The notes under the pieces: model-generated
Database searches by the model: none
Told to the model about the DNA's origin: nothing
The model's input: the letters and a program-made list of their open reading frames with translations, nothing else
Made by a program: the position numbers and the translations under genes
In this document: piece after piece, positions 1 through 13,029 of the stretch
Layout: each line of letters opens with the position of its first letter
Numbering within the stretch: position 1 is the stretch's first letter
Source: Pavona decussata
Taxonomy: Eukaryota
NCBI GenBank assembly: GCA_977016875.1
Contig: CDRNST010000195.1
Coordinates: forward strand, 2,790,001-2,854,000
DNA: 64,000 nt
Direction of reading: 5' to 3'

Positions 1-482
1 AAACTTCTCTCGTCGGAGCTATGTTTAATCAGCTATCCAAAGAGGGGAAAAAAGTCGAGGTCGTGTGTGCGAGTGGAATTGCGGGCAACGCTTATTCGGG
101 CAAGATCCGCACATCAACAGCCCATGCGTTTTATGGTTTACGGACTGCCGATCTTCCTTCGGAGTTAGTCATTGAACGAGCTGTGGCCAACAATTTGGTT
201 GCTGAACGGGTGAAGAGTGTGGATACCGTCATCTGGGACGAGATAAGCATGTCAAGCCGAAGAGTGTTTGAACTTGCAAACGGCATCCATGTGGCTCTCT
301 CACCTGCATGCGATTCTTCTTATTTGTTTGGTGGGAAACAAGTTGTTTTGGTTGGCGATTTTCTGCAGCTTCGTCCCGTCGCCAACTTCTTCGATCAGGG
401 AAAGTTTGCCTTCGAATCACCGCTGTTTAAGTGCATTCCTCATCGACTGGAGCTCACTACGATTTTGCGGCAGAACGAAAGC
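1..482 (+). pseudogene. PIF1-family DNA helicase fragment (probably Helitron/transposon-associated), 3'-truncated
   Basis: ORF 21..620 has PIF1 motifs A-S/T-GIA, T-x-H-x-F, IWDEISM (Walker B), FGGKQVVLVGDFLQLRPV and LTTILRQ. Similarity stops at about LRQNES, where unrelated sequence begins. Confidence 0.85.
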
Positions 483-2199
483 TTTTTCAAGTTGACTTCC
501 GTCACATTCCGTACGCCATCGTATTCTACTGGCTCAACACGAATAAAACTTACAGACGTTTCGTTGTCAATTGTCGCGTGCCAACCATCTCTAACTGATG
601 CGACTTTCTTCGTAAAGTAACTCCATTCTTCTTCCACTTTAGGCCCCACTCTAGCGTTGTCAATGTGCCGTTTCTTCAAGTTAAAATATCCCCGTTCTCT
701 AATCTTCTGTCGCGTTCGCTGAGAAGGACAGACACTTCCTTTGCTCACCCATAATTCGTTTATTGCTTTACAAATCATTCTCACGGTAATCACCGCTGAA
801 GGCTCACAGATGTTCTCCTTTTCTCCCTCAATATCATCAAAAAGATCCTGACGAAAGGTATATGCTCCTTTCTCAATTTCATAGTTTCGTAGAAGCCTAA
901 AAAGATATGTAACGCGTTTAAGTTCCGGCTAATAAAATGTGTATATAAATCGCGCGGCTACATGCCCGTTATCCATTTGATTACACTTTTAGTTTTTCAT
1001 TTTTCAACGTGATAATATATAATTGAAAGCTAACCGTCTGTATAATTAGCGCTTAACTATAGGATACGATAGTGCTTATATCGATCAGTTATCAACCCTA
1101 AATATTCATTATATTGTGGAAGTTTGTTTTGAACATAGAGTATTTTGAAAATCCTTTCCTGAGTTTGACTTTGATGAAAATCGTAATTTTACACTCTGGA
1201 ACTTACCAGGCTTTAACGCACACATAGAGTGACACAGATGTTCCTTCGATCTTCCTTTTCTTTTCGTCACTGCCATTTGTATTTGAATTTATCTGCTTTA
1301 GAGTAGACAACATCGTACCAGTAGGGTTTACCGATCGAACTGATCTGGAATTTCAAAAGAAGCTGACCTCATCTCTTATTGGCTAAGGAGAACAAAGAGT
1401 GTTTTCGTCGTGTCGGTTTTCGGTCACGCGCTACTCACCTCACCCCAGGGCAGTTAGTATCAATTTGCTCTCAATTTGACCACGCTTCCTCTCCCATGGG
1501 AGTGATTTATGAATGGGCTTTGTTAACCACAGCATTTACCGCATCCAATCAGAATGGAGCAGTCAGCGTGACAGTTCTTGACCTGCACACAAAAATTTGT
1601 TACGGTGAATTTGAACTTCGAATGCCGATATCTTGGTTTTCTTCGGCGGCTGGCGCTTCTCGTTTTGAACGGATTTTCGATCGAATGATACGAGAGGAAA
1701 GCAAAACATCTTGACTTTACTGGTGCTGGGTTTGGAAGCGGGGCGATTCGAATTTCCGGGTGAAAATCGCCTCGGCGCTGGAGCATTCCTGACAGAGTTT
1801 TCCTCCCTTGTCTCTCTATATAACGCTCAGGTAAACGACGAAAGCAAAACCTTCAAAATCGCCTAAATTCGCCGTTTTCTGGCAAAAGAACGACAAAGCA
1901 CAACGATTGAGGTAAGTTTACATTTATTGTGACTTTTCAGATAAATATTTTCCCTAACATTTGGCTATAATACGAACCTTATAATATTTCCATACAAATC
2001 CTTTAAATTTTGTAAACAGTCACCAGTCACACGGTTTGTGTGGGCTCCCTGTGTTCGTAAGAGGAAATCTTCCACTGGATAAGGACATTCCAATTCCGCT
2101 ATTGTGAAACACTGAAGGATAACGACGAGTACCTGGTACAGCGGATTGACCGTCCTGGCTGCGATTGCTCCACGTTTCAGGAGATTGAAATCAAGATCT

Positions 2200-2745
2200 A
2201 TAAAGTCGTTATACTCGATATCTATGAATTCAACATACCTTTAACTGGGATTTTCATGTATTGGTATTATCACGGTAATCTTCCAGCATATTTCATAATT
2301 TTTTTTACCATCAATGAAAGCATACGTTCTTATAATACACGATCCGCGACAAAAATACATGTTGAATTTCAAAGCACAAATTATGGAAAATTTTCTCTCA
2401 GGTGTAAAGGAGCAACTATGTGGAACAGTCTACCTGATGATATTAAGAACATTGATTCTTTTGATCGTTTTAAAAAAGGCTTAAAATTATATATTCAAAA
2501 TCAGCCGTGTAATGAATAGTAGAACAAGTATGGTTAATTAGTAAAATGAGACCTACAATGTAATTAGTTTACTTGTAATTAGTCCGCCTTCTGTAATTAG
2601 TCTTAGTAAATTGTGTTGATACTGCGGAGATCTTTTAAAAAGCTCATTAGAGCTTGCTGGATCTCCTGCCTTATCCGATACTACATGTATATGATTATGA
2701 TGTATATGTTTGAATGAAAGAAGGCGAATAAAGAAGCAACGACAC
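2200..2745 (+). mobile_element. CR1/L2-type LINE 3' fragment (ORF2 C-terminus plus 3'UTR)
   Basis: ORF 2256..2519 (LPxYF..SYNTRS..YGKFSLRCKGATMWNSLP..FKK) is a typical CR1/L2 ORF2 C-terminus, followed by an AT-rich UTR with AATAAA. Confidence 0.75.
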
Positions 2746-4719
2746 AAAAGTCGATTCCAATGAAGCAGCACCGTCGCTCGATCTGTCGCAACCTATTGGG
2801 GTGGTAACAATGACCCCTGCATTCAGATACAGCTATTGATCTCCATTCACCTCTATCTAGCCACTGGCGTAATAATGTTTCAAGGATGTGCGTTCAAATT
2901 CTGGGCTAAAAAGGAATTTGCCATCCTTCAGAAATTAACAGATTCCTCTGTCTGCACCTTGCAACAAGAAATTCAAGACACCTATAATATCCCACATGAT
3001 AAAACCTTGCTAGAAAACCTCAGCGATGCCCTTGGTTCTCTACCGTGCAAGAAAACCAAACCAAAAGTGAAGAAAGCAAACCAAACGAATGAAGGTAATG
3101 ATCAGGATTCACGCAATCAACTGCTTCGGCCTCTTTTGTCACACCGCTTTAAAGTGCCCCTAACCCTTCAATTTGTTTTCTTTAGGTAGATTTCCATATC
3201 TTTCAAGAACTCATTTTCGAAAAAAATTTTTGAGAAATATTGAATCCTTTTTTTTTTACAAGCGCTAGAAGTGAAGGCAGTCTTGTCGATATTTTCACCT
3301 ATAGTTTGCATAAGTCCCCCACTCGGCCAAATGTGTCCAAATATGGAGCGTGACGTAAGAAAAGGACATCGTGCAAAAATATCCGAAGAGTCGTGGTAAT
3401 GCTCCAATCGCAAACAGAGAAGATGTTTAAAAAATGTGTGGTTTTTGGATGCAGCAACTCTTGAAATGTAGAGAAAGGAATCAGCATGCATAAGATTCAT
3501 GCTTCGTGCTTTGGAATGGTGTCCTTTTCTTACCTCATGGAAAGCAACCTTCTTACTGTATGTTTAATCGCTTCCTCACATATGATAGTCAGCTTGAAGT
3601 TTTAACATGTAAAATGCAACTGTATGCTTGCTATTAGGCTTGAAAGAAGCCCAAGTAGCCACGACACAAGTTGTCTTCCCATCATCTTGACTGATTTTTC
3701 ACTCAGGAGAACACAGACTGAGATAGACGCACTGGACTGGATCTATGGCATCATCGTATTTGTAAACCCCCTTTTTCATCGGTCCACATGAAAACTATAA
3801 GGCAGCATTCTCACTCTGGGGGCCATTTTCGAAAACATCCATAACTTGTGGACCAAAGGCTAAAACGGAGGAGGGGAATCTCCCATTTTCAAAAATTTAC
3901 GGATATGTGTGGACAGGACCTAAAAGCTTACTAAATGCACTTGTTTGATATGCAGGGCAGGGCGGGGGCACTTTTATAAAGAGATGATGAATGGGTATTT
4001 GTCTGGCCAAAAGCTGGTTGTGTTCGAGCAAAAGTAGGTCTGACTGGACAACTTGAACTTATTGGGAACTTATTTCAAGCCCTGGTAGATGTTACCGTAG
4101 ATTCTGGGCAACAATAATAATTTATTACGGCCATCACTTCTAACTTGTTTACTTAATACACAGCAATTCTGCCCCTCAGATTCTGAAGAATGCAGTTTTG
4201 TTTTCAGTAGAATCAATTTTTGTTCGGGTATTCAGTGTACTTTGAAAAGTTTGATATTCACTGGCATTCAAGTTTTTTTTCTAATCGACTGATTCAAGAC
4301 TGTAACAGAATTTGGAAAAAAAGGTGCAGCACACCTTGCCATTGATCCGTAATGGCGGCGGCTACTTCTGTGAGCTTGACTACATGTTGAAAAATACTCA
4401 CTTAGATTGCACAAGTTTGCAGATTTGTGTTGTGGTCCATTTTCTGACTGCGTCCTGGCGCTAAGGGCCTAGCTGGAGTAATGAATCCCTCTCTTGATCA
4501 GCTTATAGTCAATATCATGGCGATTTTCCAGCAAATAGCGACACTGATGAGACTCTTAGTTCTAATTTCAGGTCATTTAATTGTTTTCAGGTCCATTTAT
4601 TCAGCTCATTTATGGTAAATGAGGAAATCTGGTTTGTTGCAGAGGTAGCCATGAAAGGTTTAAGTGGTAAGTGAAATAGACATAATCAAGCTCACTGGAT
4701 CACACTTTCTGCACACCAG

Positions 4720-4771
4720 GGCCCAGTTGCTCGAAGCATGGTTAGCACTAACCCGGGTTAAACCCCATGAC

Positions 4772-4817
<46 letters not shown>

Positions 4818-4836
4818 TGCTTCGAGCAACTCAGCC
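4720..4836. mobile_element. PIF/Harbinger-type MITE (near-palindromic)
   Basis: Inverted repeat ggcccagttgctcgaagcatggttagcactaacc ... ggttagtgctaaccatgcttcgagcaactcagcc, flanked by a 3-bp CAG duplication. Confidence 0.75.
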
Positions 4837-4928
4837 CAGGGTGTCACATTCACCTTTGGCATAGGTCAAAGGTTGTATGGGTCACACACCTTTGATTGTC
4901 ATCAAGATTAGGGCTGTCATGACCTTAA

Positions 4929-5131
4929 CCCTTTTAGCCCTAACAATGATCAGCGTGAAATTTCTTCTTGTGATGTCATGCTTATTCATCCCCTGAGGAC
5001 ATGAGAATTCAGGACATGATCACCCAAGGTGAAATTTCTTGATATTTTAATAACTTCTCCTGCATACCTTTATAAGAAAAGTATGAGAACAAAATAGGAG
5101 AATTTGTTCTTTGGTATTAGGAATTAAAGGG
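4929..5131. mobile_element. piggyBac-type MITE
   Basis: TTAA|CCCTTT...AAAGGG|TTAA termini: TTAA duplication and short imperfect TIRs. Confidence 0.7.
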
Positions 5132-6224
5132 TTAAGAAGTGCCCTTCCTGGTCCTGCCTCATCTAGGAATAGAAATTTGTTGGTTAACGGTGCATGTCTG
5201 GTTCAATTCATTCTGTAGTGTGTGATCGACCAACTAAACAATAAGCACCAACGAGGACTGCTTATGGCTACAGCAAACCATTTTAATTTATTTCTTCTTA
5301 ATAGGCATGGAAAACTGGAAGTGAAACTTAGACAAAAAGATCCTAATTGGCTTACCTGTAACAACAACAACAACAAAAAAACCTGTGACCGCAAGGAGAT
5401 GACTGACATTTAGACTAACAGTGTGGGCAAATAACCAGTTTACGTAAATCAGTTGGCTAACAAAGCTATAATATATATGAAGGGCATATTCACTTACAGT
5501 GCAGCTCAGAGATAAGCGAACCAAAACGTGCACGCAAAACGCGTATAATATGTGTATTCGTATATACGCATACTAGTATATATGCGTATATACTTACACA
5601 TATGTGTCATTAGTATGTATGAGCTAGCCTATTGTTTTTTTCTATTGGTGGCAAGGTCATTGTTGATTTCAATGGGCATTGCAATTGCAGTGAAAGCTGG
5701 TGGTCAAGCTGCATGCCTGTCAATCGTCTTGTGTTTATTCCGGCTGTTTGTTTGTTAACCGCTGTCGAGCATTAAATCAAGTGTACGAGTATCAAGTATT
5801 GCCCAAATCTCCTCATTAAATAAAAAATGTTGCCTACAGTACCGCTCAAAAGTAAGTCACCAGTCTCATCTTGTTTCTCGCGAGACGAGGGTTGCATCTC
5901 TCGATACGAGATTCTCGTATGGAGAGACGCGACTCTCGTCTCTTGAGAATCACTGAAGGGGGCAAGTGAAACATAAGACATCCCCAATGTGTTTAAGAAA
6001 GTGTAATGCAATGGCTTCATAAAAAAAACTATAACAGATCCAACTTATCATGTTTATTACATTTTCATTTTATTTACATTTACACGAAGACGCTTTATTA
6101 AGGTTCTGGAGATTTATTAGCCATAAGCTCCGATTACCCAACGTGCCACTTCCGAGTAAATGCGCAGACAGATTGATCAACAAGTTCACTAGTCTTCGCA
6201 GCGATTGTTTGCTTACTCTGACAC

Positions 6225-6348
6225 TCAACTTGATATTCTGGCGAAACTCTTGTTCTGGTCAACATGAGCGGCAAGACGAAAGGTCAACTGGTCAACTCCC
6301 CAATCATTCTGGACATTGTCTGTTGACCGGCGGTTATTTCGAGCCCAG
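6225..6348 (-). mobile_element. hAT-like non-autonomous element end
   Basis: Minus strand begins gggctcgaaataaccgccggtcaacagacaatg, resembling a hAT-type terminus; the other end was not located. Confidence 0.35.
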
Positions 6349-6990
6349 CTGTTTATCCTGTAAATTGTAACTATTGAAAATACATTGTACAACAAAGGCT
6401 TCAGTGACCTCGCCCCCTAAAGTGATTGTGCATGTGCGAGGTTTGTCATGTGATATGATAAAAACAAAGAGGATAACATCACACATTCTTTCATCTTCAT
6501 TTAGGTGTGTGGTCTTATTTCATAAGCTGGTCATCAAATTCACCTTGGTGGTAGAAGTGTCTAGGTCACAATTGGTGCAAGGAACCAGTTATTCTGCATT
6601 CCCTTTCAGTTAAATATATGCAGAGAATCACCAACAAAATGGAGCATTTGATTGCAAATGGGTCAGCATCAATCATGGGAGTTGTACAAAATAAGATCCT
6701 GGATTGTGTTCTATAAATCACCTGTCATGAGCAAGGTAAGCTTGGTTCTGATATGTTCTAGGTGGCATGCCAGTTTATTCGAGATGATACCAAAATGAGA
6801 ACCCCTTTGCCCAGTTGAGTTGAACTCCCACAATTTGGCATCTCGTAATGCTGAGGAATGTGAACATGTTATCGAAACATGCTAATTGCCCAATTGTGTA
6901 CAGGGAAAATTGTGGGTTAATTGTGTGTCTGGTCCAATTCATTGTTTCATCTTCATTTAGTTGTGAGTTGCGCACTGTAAGGGTATTTAT

Positions 6991-7696
6991 GACCATAGAA
7001 ATCCAAAAGTAACGGCCATGTTACTTTCGGATTTAGCAGGCCAAAGGGGCCGCTAATGTTGGGTAGCCGTTACTTTATGATGGTTACATTCCGTTTGTAC
7101 ATGTCATTAACTCCCCACATGATCAAAGCAAACTGTGACAAAAAAGGCCCAAATGTTTGTACTGTGTAGCAAAAAGAATGTTTGTATTATACTGCAAATA
7201 ATTACTGTATCATTTGACTCTGCTGACACATACAGCTTTTGAACGATAGTTTCCAGTAGGATACAATTAAGTTTGAAATCTAGTCATAAATGGTTCTACA
7301 AATTGTTTAGTCCTACACTCAGGTTGTTCCATCTGCATTATGTTTGAGAGCAGAGGGTTTCTCTTTAGTGACTTCTTTCAATTTGGATGGCCATTCTGCG
7401 TTATCTAATGCAGTGTTGATACAAATTGAACAGTCATTAATATATCAAGGGCGCAAGGCTATTGGTGTTTTTCAAGTAAGAGAGAGCAGACATTTTTTGT
7501 GTTCCAGTTACTTACTAGTTAAAAGTATTACTTGAAACATTACATCAAACACAGTACAGCATTTTATTGTTGTTGAGTTGTCATTTTTGAAGGGCGTCTA
7601 CTTTCTGGTGGGCCGTTACTTTCCGGGGTGGGGGCCTTACTGTCGGAGTTCAATAGGAAGATAAAAAATTGACGTTACTTTCAGAATTCTACGGTA
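6991..7696. mobile_element. Tc1/mariner-type MITE with degenerate TIRs
   Basis: Left accatagaaatccaaaagtaac matches the reverse complement of right gttactttcagaattctacggta; sub-terminal gccgttacttt repeats; TA at the right end. Confidence 0.5.
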
Positions 7697-9298
7697 CTTT
7701 GCAAAGAAGTCATCTTAATTATCTTTTTACTGAAAGAAATGACAATGTCACAAGTAGTACCATACTGCCTAAAGTACATATACATATGGTTTCAGGTGCA
7801 AAAGTACAGTGACCATGGTCCTCTAAAGGTTTGTTTTGGGTCTGGTCTATGGATTAATGCTTGAAAATGTTTTTGTAATGGTCACTATCAAACAATAATA
7901 TTATGGTCACCAGTCCAACGAGTTTGTGGTGTGATCATCATCACCATCATTTTCTTATCATGATATGTCTATCTGGTAATGATTGTTGATTGACATAGGT
8001 TTTGCACCTTTTTATTGCAGCTGTTAACATACGACACATAATTTTCAGACATTGTCGGGACTTTTCAGCGTGCATTTGTAGAATTTGCTGATCCAGTGAT
8101 TCAAGTTACTACAGTGAATGTCAGGTATTTTTAAAGAGTAGTTTGGGATGTTGATCTATGAGAAGGATTTTCTAAAGGGCTAGTGGGTGAACCTGCTACT
8201 TTGCTCTTTACAAACATTCCTATACAAGAAAAATAGTAACAGTGCAGGTCAAAAATATGGGAACCAATATATACGAGTAAAACGCGCCATCTCTCAAACC
8301 GAAAAAAGGACTCAGTAATAACACAATTCACCCAAAGACACACACATGGAAAATGCAAGATGGCAGATAATTTGCACTTGACAAGAAAAACAAATCTTGT
8401 AGGTTTTTTGGTCATGTAGCTGTCACCAAACCAAATGTGCAAGTCCTTGCCAGGCCCTCATAACTTTATTTAAATGGGGCTGGATTGTTTTTACTATGTT
8501 CCGTAATGTGTGTTATCTGATACAGGACATACTCAGTATGTCCTTGTAGCAGTGAAAGGGTTAAAAATAGTCTAGTGTATACAAACTGTAACTAAGTTAA
8601 AGAGGGAACCTACTTCTTTCAAGAAACCTATAGCTTGTAATTTGAGTCATGCACTGTTGCATAGATCATTTGACACAGTCACAATATCATTATGAAAGTT
8701 ATTGTAAAACATTTTCATTGAGCGCCCAAGTTGGAGCTCTCTTATAGGCTTTTAAGGAGAAAGCCCCCAATCTCCCTCTTGGCCATCATTTTTTGGTGTC
8801 TTTCAGTTTTGGCCCTATATGCCTTTCAGTCTAGACTTTTAAACACCTCTGTACACACTAATTTTCTGCTGAAAAAGGGCACAAAATGGGCCCAAAATAG
8901 CCATCCTGTCTCCCAATAAAAGCTGTCAGTATCTTTTCTTGTTTCATTGCCTTTCCAGCGTTACTTAAATGCATGAGTAACTTGGCACTTAGCCTCCACT
9001 TGGGGGTACAGAATTTGAGGATATTGGATGGCAAAAGCAAAAGCATAACGTTTCAAGGTTTATAACCAAATAACAGTACAGTACAACACAATAATAAATA
9101 GTTATACAATACAAAATTGTTATTAGTATTATTATTTTTATATAACAGTATACACAACTGTATGCTAAAAAACTTAACTAGCAATGCAGGGCGCAAGTGA
9201 GCCTTGAAGTGAAATAATAAAAATTAATAATAAGAAATAAAATTTATATATATAACAAAATCCTAAAAAAATAAATAAGACAAAACTAAAACTACATG

Positions 9299-9354
9299 TA
9301 AACTAAGAACACATAATCCTCTCAGGTTGCGACCTTACTGGTCCTAGCAATGTT
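9299..9354. repeat. ~56-bp direct repeat (second copy 11286-11341) bracketing the Ngaro fragment
   Basis: taaactaagaacacataatcctctcaggttgcgacctta(c/a)tggtcctagcaatgtt occurs twice, with 1 mismatch. Confidence 0.95.
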
Positions 9355-11285
9355 CAATGCCTAAGGCTACCTCGTTAGCCAGATATTCGTCAACCACCTT
9401 CGCCAGTTGGCTAGTCTAAGCCTGTGGGTGGACTGAACCCCAGCTTGAACCATGGCGGATGCCCTGAATGACAAAGTCAACCTGTTGTTGGTCTGAATGG
9501 GAAGTCAATTCTCTGCAAAATTTATCCTCGTTCAATGGGCTAACGGAAGAAACTGGCGGAAATGTAGAACTAGCTGAGAAAGAGGAAAACAAACAAAGGC
9601 ACTAAAAATAAAACCACTCAAAAAAAAGGGGTGCAACTAGGTCTAAAAGGCATTTAATACACGAAATAACAAGTAAACTATTATGTTCACGTCTACCCAA
9701 TCAACTATTATCCAAGGCAAACACTGATTTGCCATCAGTTTATTTTTCACCACATCAAACCAAAGTCAGAAAACCGCATGTACGATCATTACAACATGTC
9801 ATGCTCAACAATTAAACAAAATGAAGAGGGAGTCCACTAAAGGAGTTTTGAACGAGAGCTGGACGAACTTGACGACGGCGAGGCAGACCTGCGTTTCCAA
9901 TCCTGTTTGGACACATTATCTGTACTGGAAGAACAGGCGCGGGCTCGATGGGGACCATTACACTGGCTGCAGCGATGGGCAAAGCAACAAAACATCAACT
10001 TGTCGGAACAGCGACCTCTGTTCCACGACCTGCAGATAATCTCCAACGAAGCTGCTCCCGAAGGTTCAGGCAAGTCGATGAAAGCACTGTCGATGCCGCC
10101 AGGTACCGACCTCCCAGCAGCACAAAAATTATAAAGCTGGACTTCATCGTCGACAAATCAACGATCTTCGCTGCCGCTGCATGCTCGCGAAAAGCTTTGT
10201 CGTACGTCAGCCACACATGCCCACTGAACTGGCGGTATGTGCGAAGAATGAGCAGTTAAATCCTTCCAGCAGTGAGGAAAGTAGGAAGTGAGAATGAGGC
10301 TAAAAATAGCAAACGCTTCGCATCACGAACCGATATCCTCGACCCCGCGATGATTCTTTTTGGCGGAGGAAGTGAGGGCCAAACACCCATCCAACATGAC
10401 CTGTGACTCCGGCTCAGTGTGTGCAATGTTGGTCGAAAGCAAGTCGCTCAGATCAATGAATTTACCACTGACAATCTGACTTACATTCTTGGCCGGTACC
10501 AGGGAAAAGCTAGGGCCAACAACGAAAGGTTGTTGCAGGAGAGGGCCAGACGACAAGCTGGTAGAGGATGGGATACTAACATCGTAAGGAATCATAGCAA
10601 GGCCCGGGAAACTAAGAGAAATGACTGAGCTTGTATCCGCAGAGTGCGGTTCCACAAAGGTAGGAACAAAGGAAGGCACAATAAAATTATTCCTACCTTG
10701 GGACGCTGGAGGAGACGAGGCTGATTGGGACGAAGGAAAACCAACACCGAAGAAATAAAAGACGCTGCATGAGCGCCCAAATCCATCTGTTGAGCGGGAA
10801 CGCCCCTTGAAACACGCCACGACGATGAATTCACAGGTTCAGGCATCGAAACCGGCATGCTAGCGACATCCGCTGACACGAAGGATTTCTCAGCAGCCAA
10901 TGCAACTTTTACGGCACTAACAACAGTGGCAAGAAAGGCTGGATCAGGCACATTCGCTGCAGGCAAAGATGAAGCTGTCGCTGAACTGGTTGGGGCCGTA
11001 AATGAGACCACAGTAGGACTAGAAGAAGCTTCAGTGCTTGCAGACACGGAAGCGAGCGACAGATCAGTAAAAAGATCGGCGGAGCGACTATTTTTCATCT
11101 GGTGCAAAGACATGACAGCAGAAAGGTTCAACCAACAAGGAGTTTGACAATATGGCAGGCAAAAATGACCTATCTAGCAGGCCAGCAAGCAAGCAAATGC
11201 AATGCGAACCATGGGGCTCCCCCCAGCAGAGAAATCAAAGGCATTGACCTGACTTTAACTTTGCCTAAATTACATTTAGCCACAT
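9355..11285 (-). mobile_element. Ngaro/DIRS tyrosine-recombinase retroelement, 5' part only (gag plus start of pol)
   Basis: Gag-like motifs PFVVGPSFSLVPAKNVSQIVSGKFIDLSDLL, WLTYDKAFREHAAA and the CCCH/CCHC knuckle CRSWNRGRC..HRCSQCNGPHRA. The pol start (VVDEYLANEVALG) is cut at about 9355. Frameshifted. Confidence 0.85.
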
Positions 11286-11461
11286 TAAACTAAGAACACA
11301 TAATCCTCTCAGGTTGCGACCTTAATGGTCCTAGCAATGTTTAGCGTTCCGGATAACACAGCTTTCTGCATCTTCCTGAAGACTTCGGAGCTCATACTTA
11401 CCACAAGCTTGCGCATCGTCACCTCCAACTTCCAAGACCATCCCCAAGGGTATTATTATCT

Positions 11462-12833
11462 TTTATAACATAGTTAGTAAATTCGTGCAATCAAATTCAA
11501 TTGCGCGAGCGTGCTTCATATTCCTATTGTGCACGCTGATGACGTCAGCAAACAAATGCCTCGAGAACTCGGTGAGTGACTTTCTCCATTTTGCATTCAA
11601 AGACGGGAGAAATCTTCAGCAAAACGTTTAACTACAGATGGCAACAAGGGAACCAGCTGATGAAGAAGCTCTTCCCACTTTTTCTTTGGGATTGGAGTTT
11701 TTAACTACCGAAAAAACCTAAAGGGAAGGAAAAAAGAGAACAAGGCCCGTTACATCGTGTCTCGCAAAACTATTAATTTTCAGGTGCCAATTTCGCTTTC
11801 TCAGAGGGAAAAGACACCTTTTCGAAACGATAAATTGAAAGAAAAGCTGCTAAGGAACACTCGATAGTTTCAAAAGCGGAAATCCGATAATTAACGGCTA
11901 AGAAATTGTGCTTCAAGGACATATTGTTGTTTTATCCAGCCAACGATCAGCAAGAGGACATTTCAGATCATTACTTACTGATTATAAGCCACGAACTTTC
12001 TTGGTAACGTTCGAGTACTTGTGGGAATTCAATTCACAAGAAATTACAGGTTTGATTGTGAATTTGTACTTAAATACTTTTCTAATTGACCGCTTCTTCG
12101 TATTCCTAACAGTTTTTTGGCGAAATTTTTGAAAACCGTGCACACGGTTCGATAAATTCACTTCAAAATGGACTTGCAGTTCCTTCAAATCACTTGCACG
12201 TTTATCGTCTCGAATTAAAAATTGTACGCCTTTGCTTCTTAGAAGAAAGACTTAATTGAATAAATTTTTCATTTAGGAAAGCTTCAGTTGTCTGTTTTCT
12301 TTCTGTTTTCATTCATGAGACGTGACAACTGCGTAAATCTTGCTTAAACATCTAAACAAACCGACAAGCGGAAAGAATTCTCCCATGTAACGCGAGGATC
12401 AAATTTTCAAGTTTGTTTTCTGGAAAATTTTTAATTAGCAACCAGTGTATTTTATTCCATAATTAGAAAGTTTAACTACTGTAGACCAAAGGGGTGTTGC
12501 CTTTTTTACCCTGAAAGATGTGTATTTTTACCGAACATGGGGTTGTTTATTGCCATTTTGCACATTGGCTGAATGCTTGGGAAACCTCTGGCCAACCTAG
12601 AATCAACGGGTTTAAAAACTACCGCGTTGAAAATGTTATAAAACAATTGATTCATGCGTCAGCTGTGCATTCATCGAGATATGAAGCACTTGGGAAGTTT
12701 GGAGAGCACTCAAGAAGCTAGAGTTGCTCTCGGCTACGCCTCGAGCAACTCTTACGCATCTTTCGTGCTCTCCAAACTTCCCGCGTGCTTCATATCTCGA
12801 TGAAGCACGCTGACGCATGAATCAATTGTTAAA
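11462..12833. mobile_element. Non-autonomous repeat, possibly Crypton-like, ending in a 190-bp fold-back
   Basis: Perfect 22-bp inverted repeat aacaattgattcatgcgtcagc (12642) / gctgacgcatgaatcaattgtt (ends 12830), with further internal symmetry. A short PTFSLGLEF peptide lies at about 11675. The family assignment is from recall. Confidence 0.45.
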
Positions 12834-13029
12834 TTATTATTACAATAAAATACAGAAACTTTATTTAGAAAGGGGGGAGCAATAGCGGTCCCTCAAAATA
12901 AGAGGAATAACAACATACAACATGCACAATACTGAAGTCATTATGCTATAAATATAAAGGGACAATAATATTTTAACATTTATGGTTGCCAAATTAAATA
13001 AGGGATATTGACTGTTCGCAAAAGCACAC

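Noticed and set aside
2836-3189. 117-aa ORF as a host exon
   Set aside because: No recognisable family or supported splice structure.
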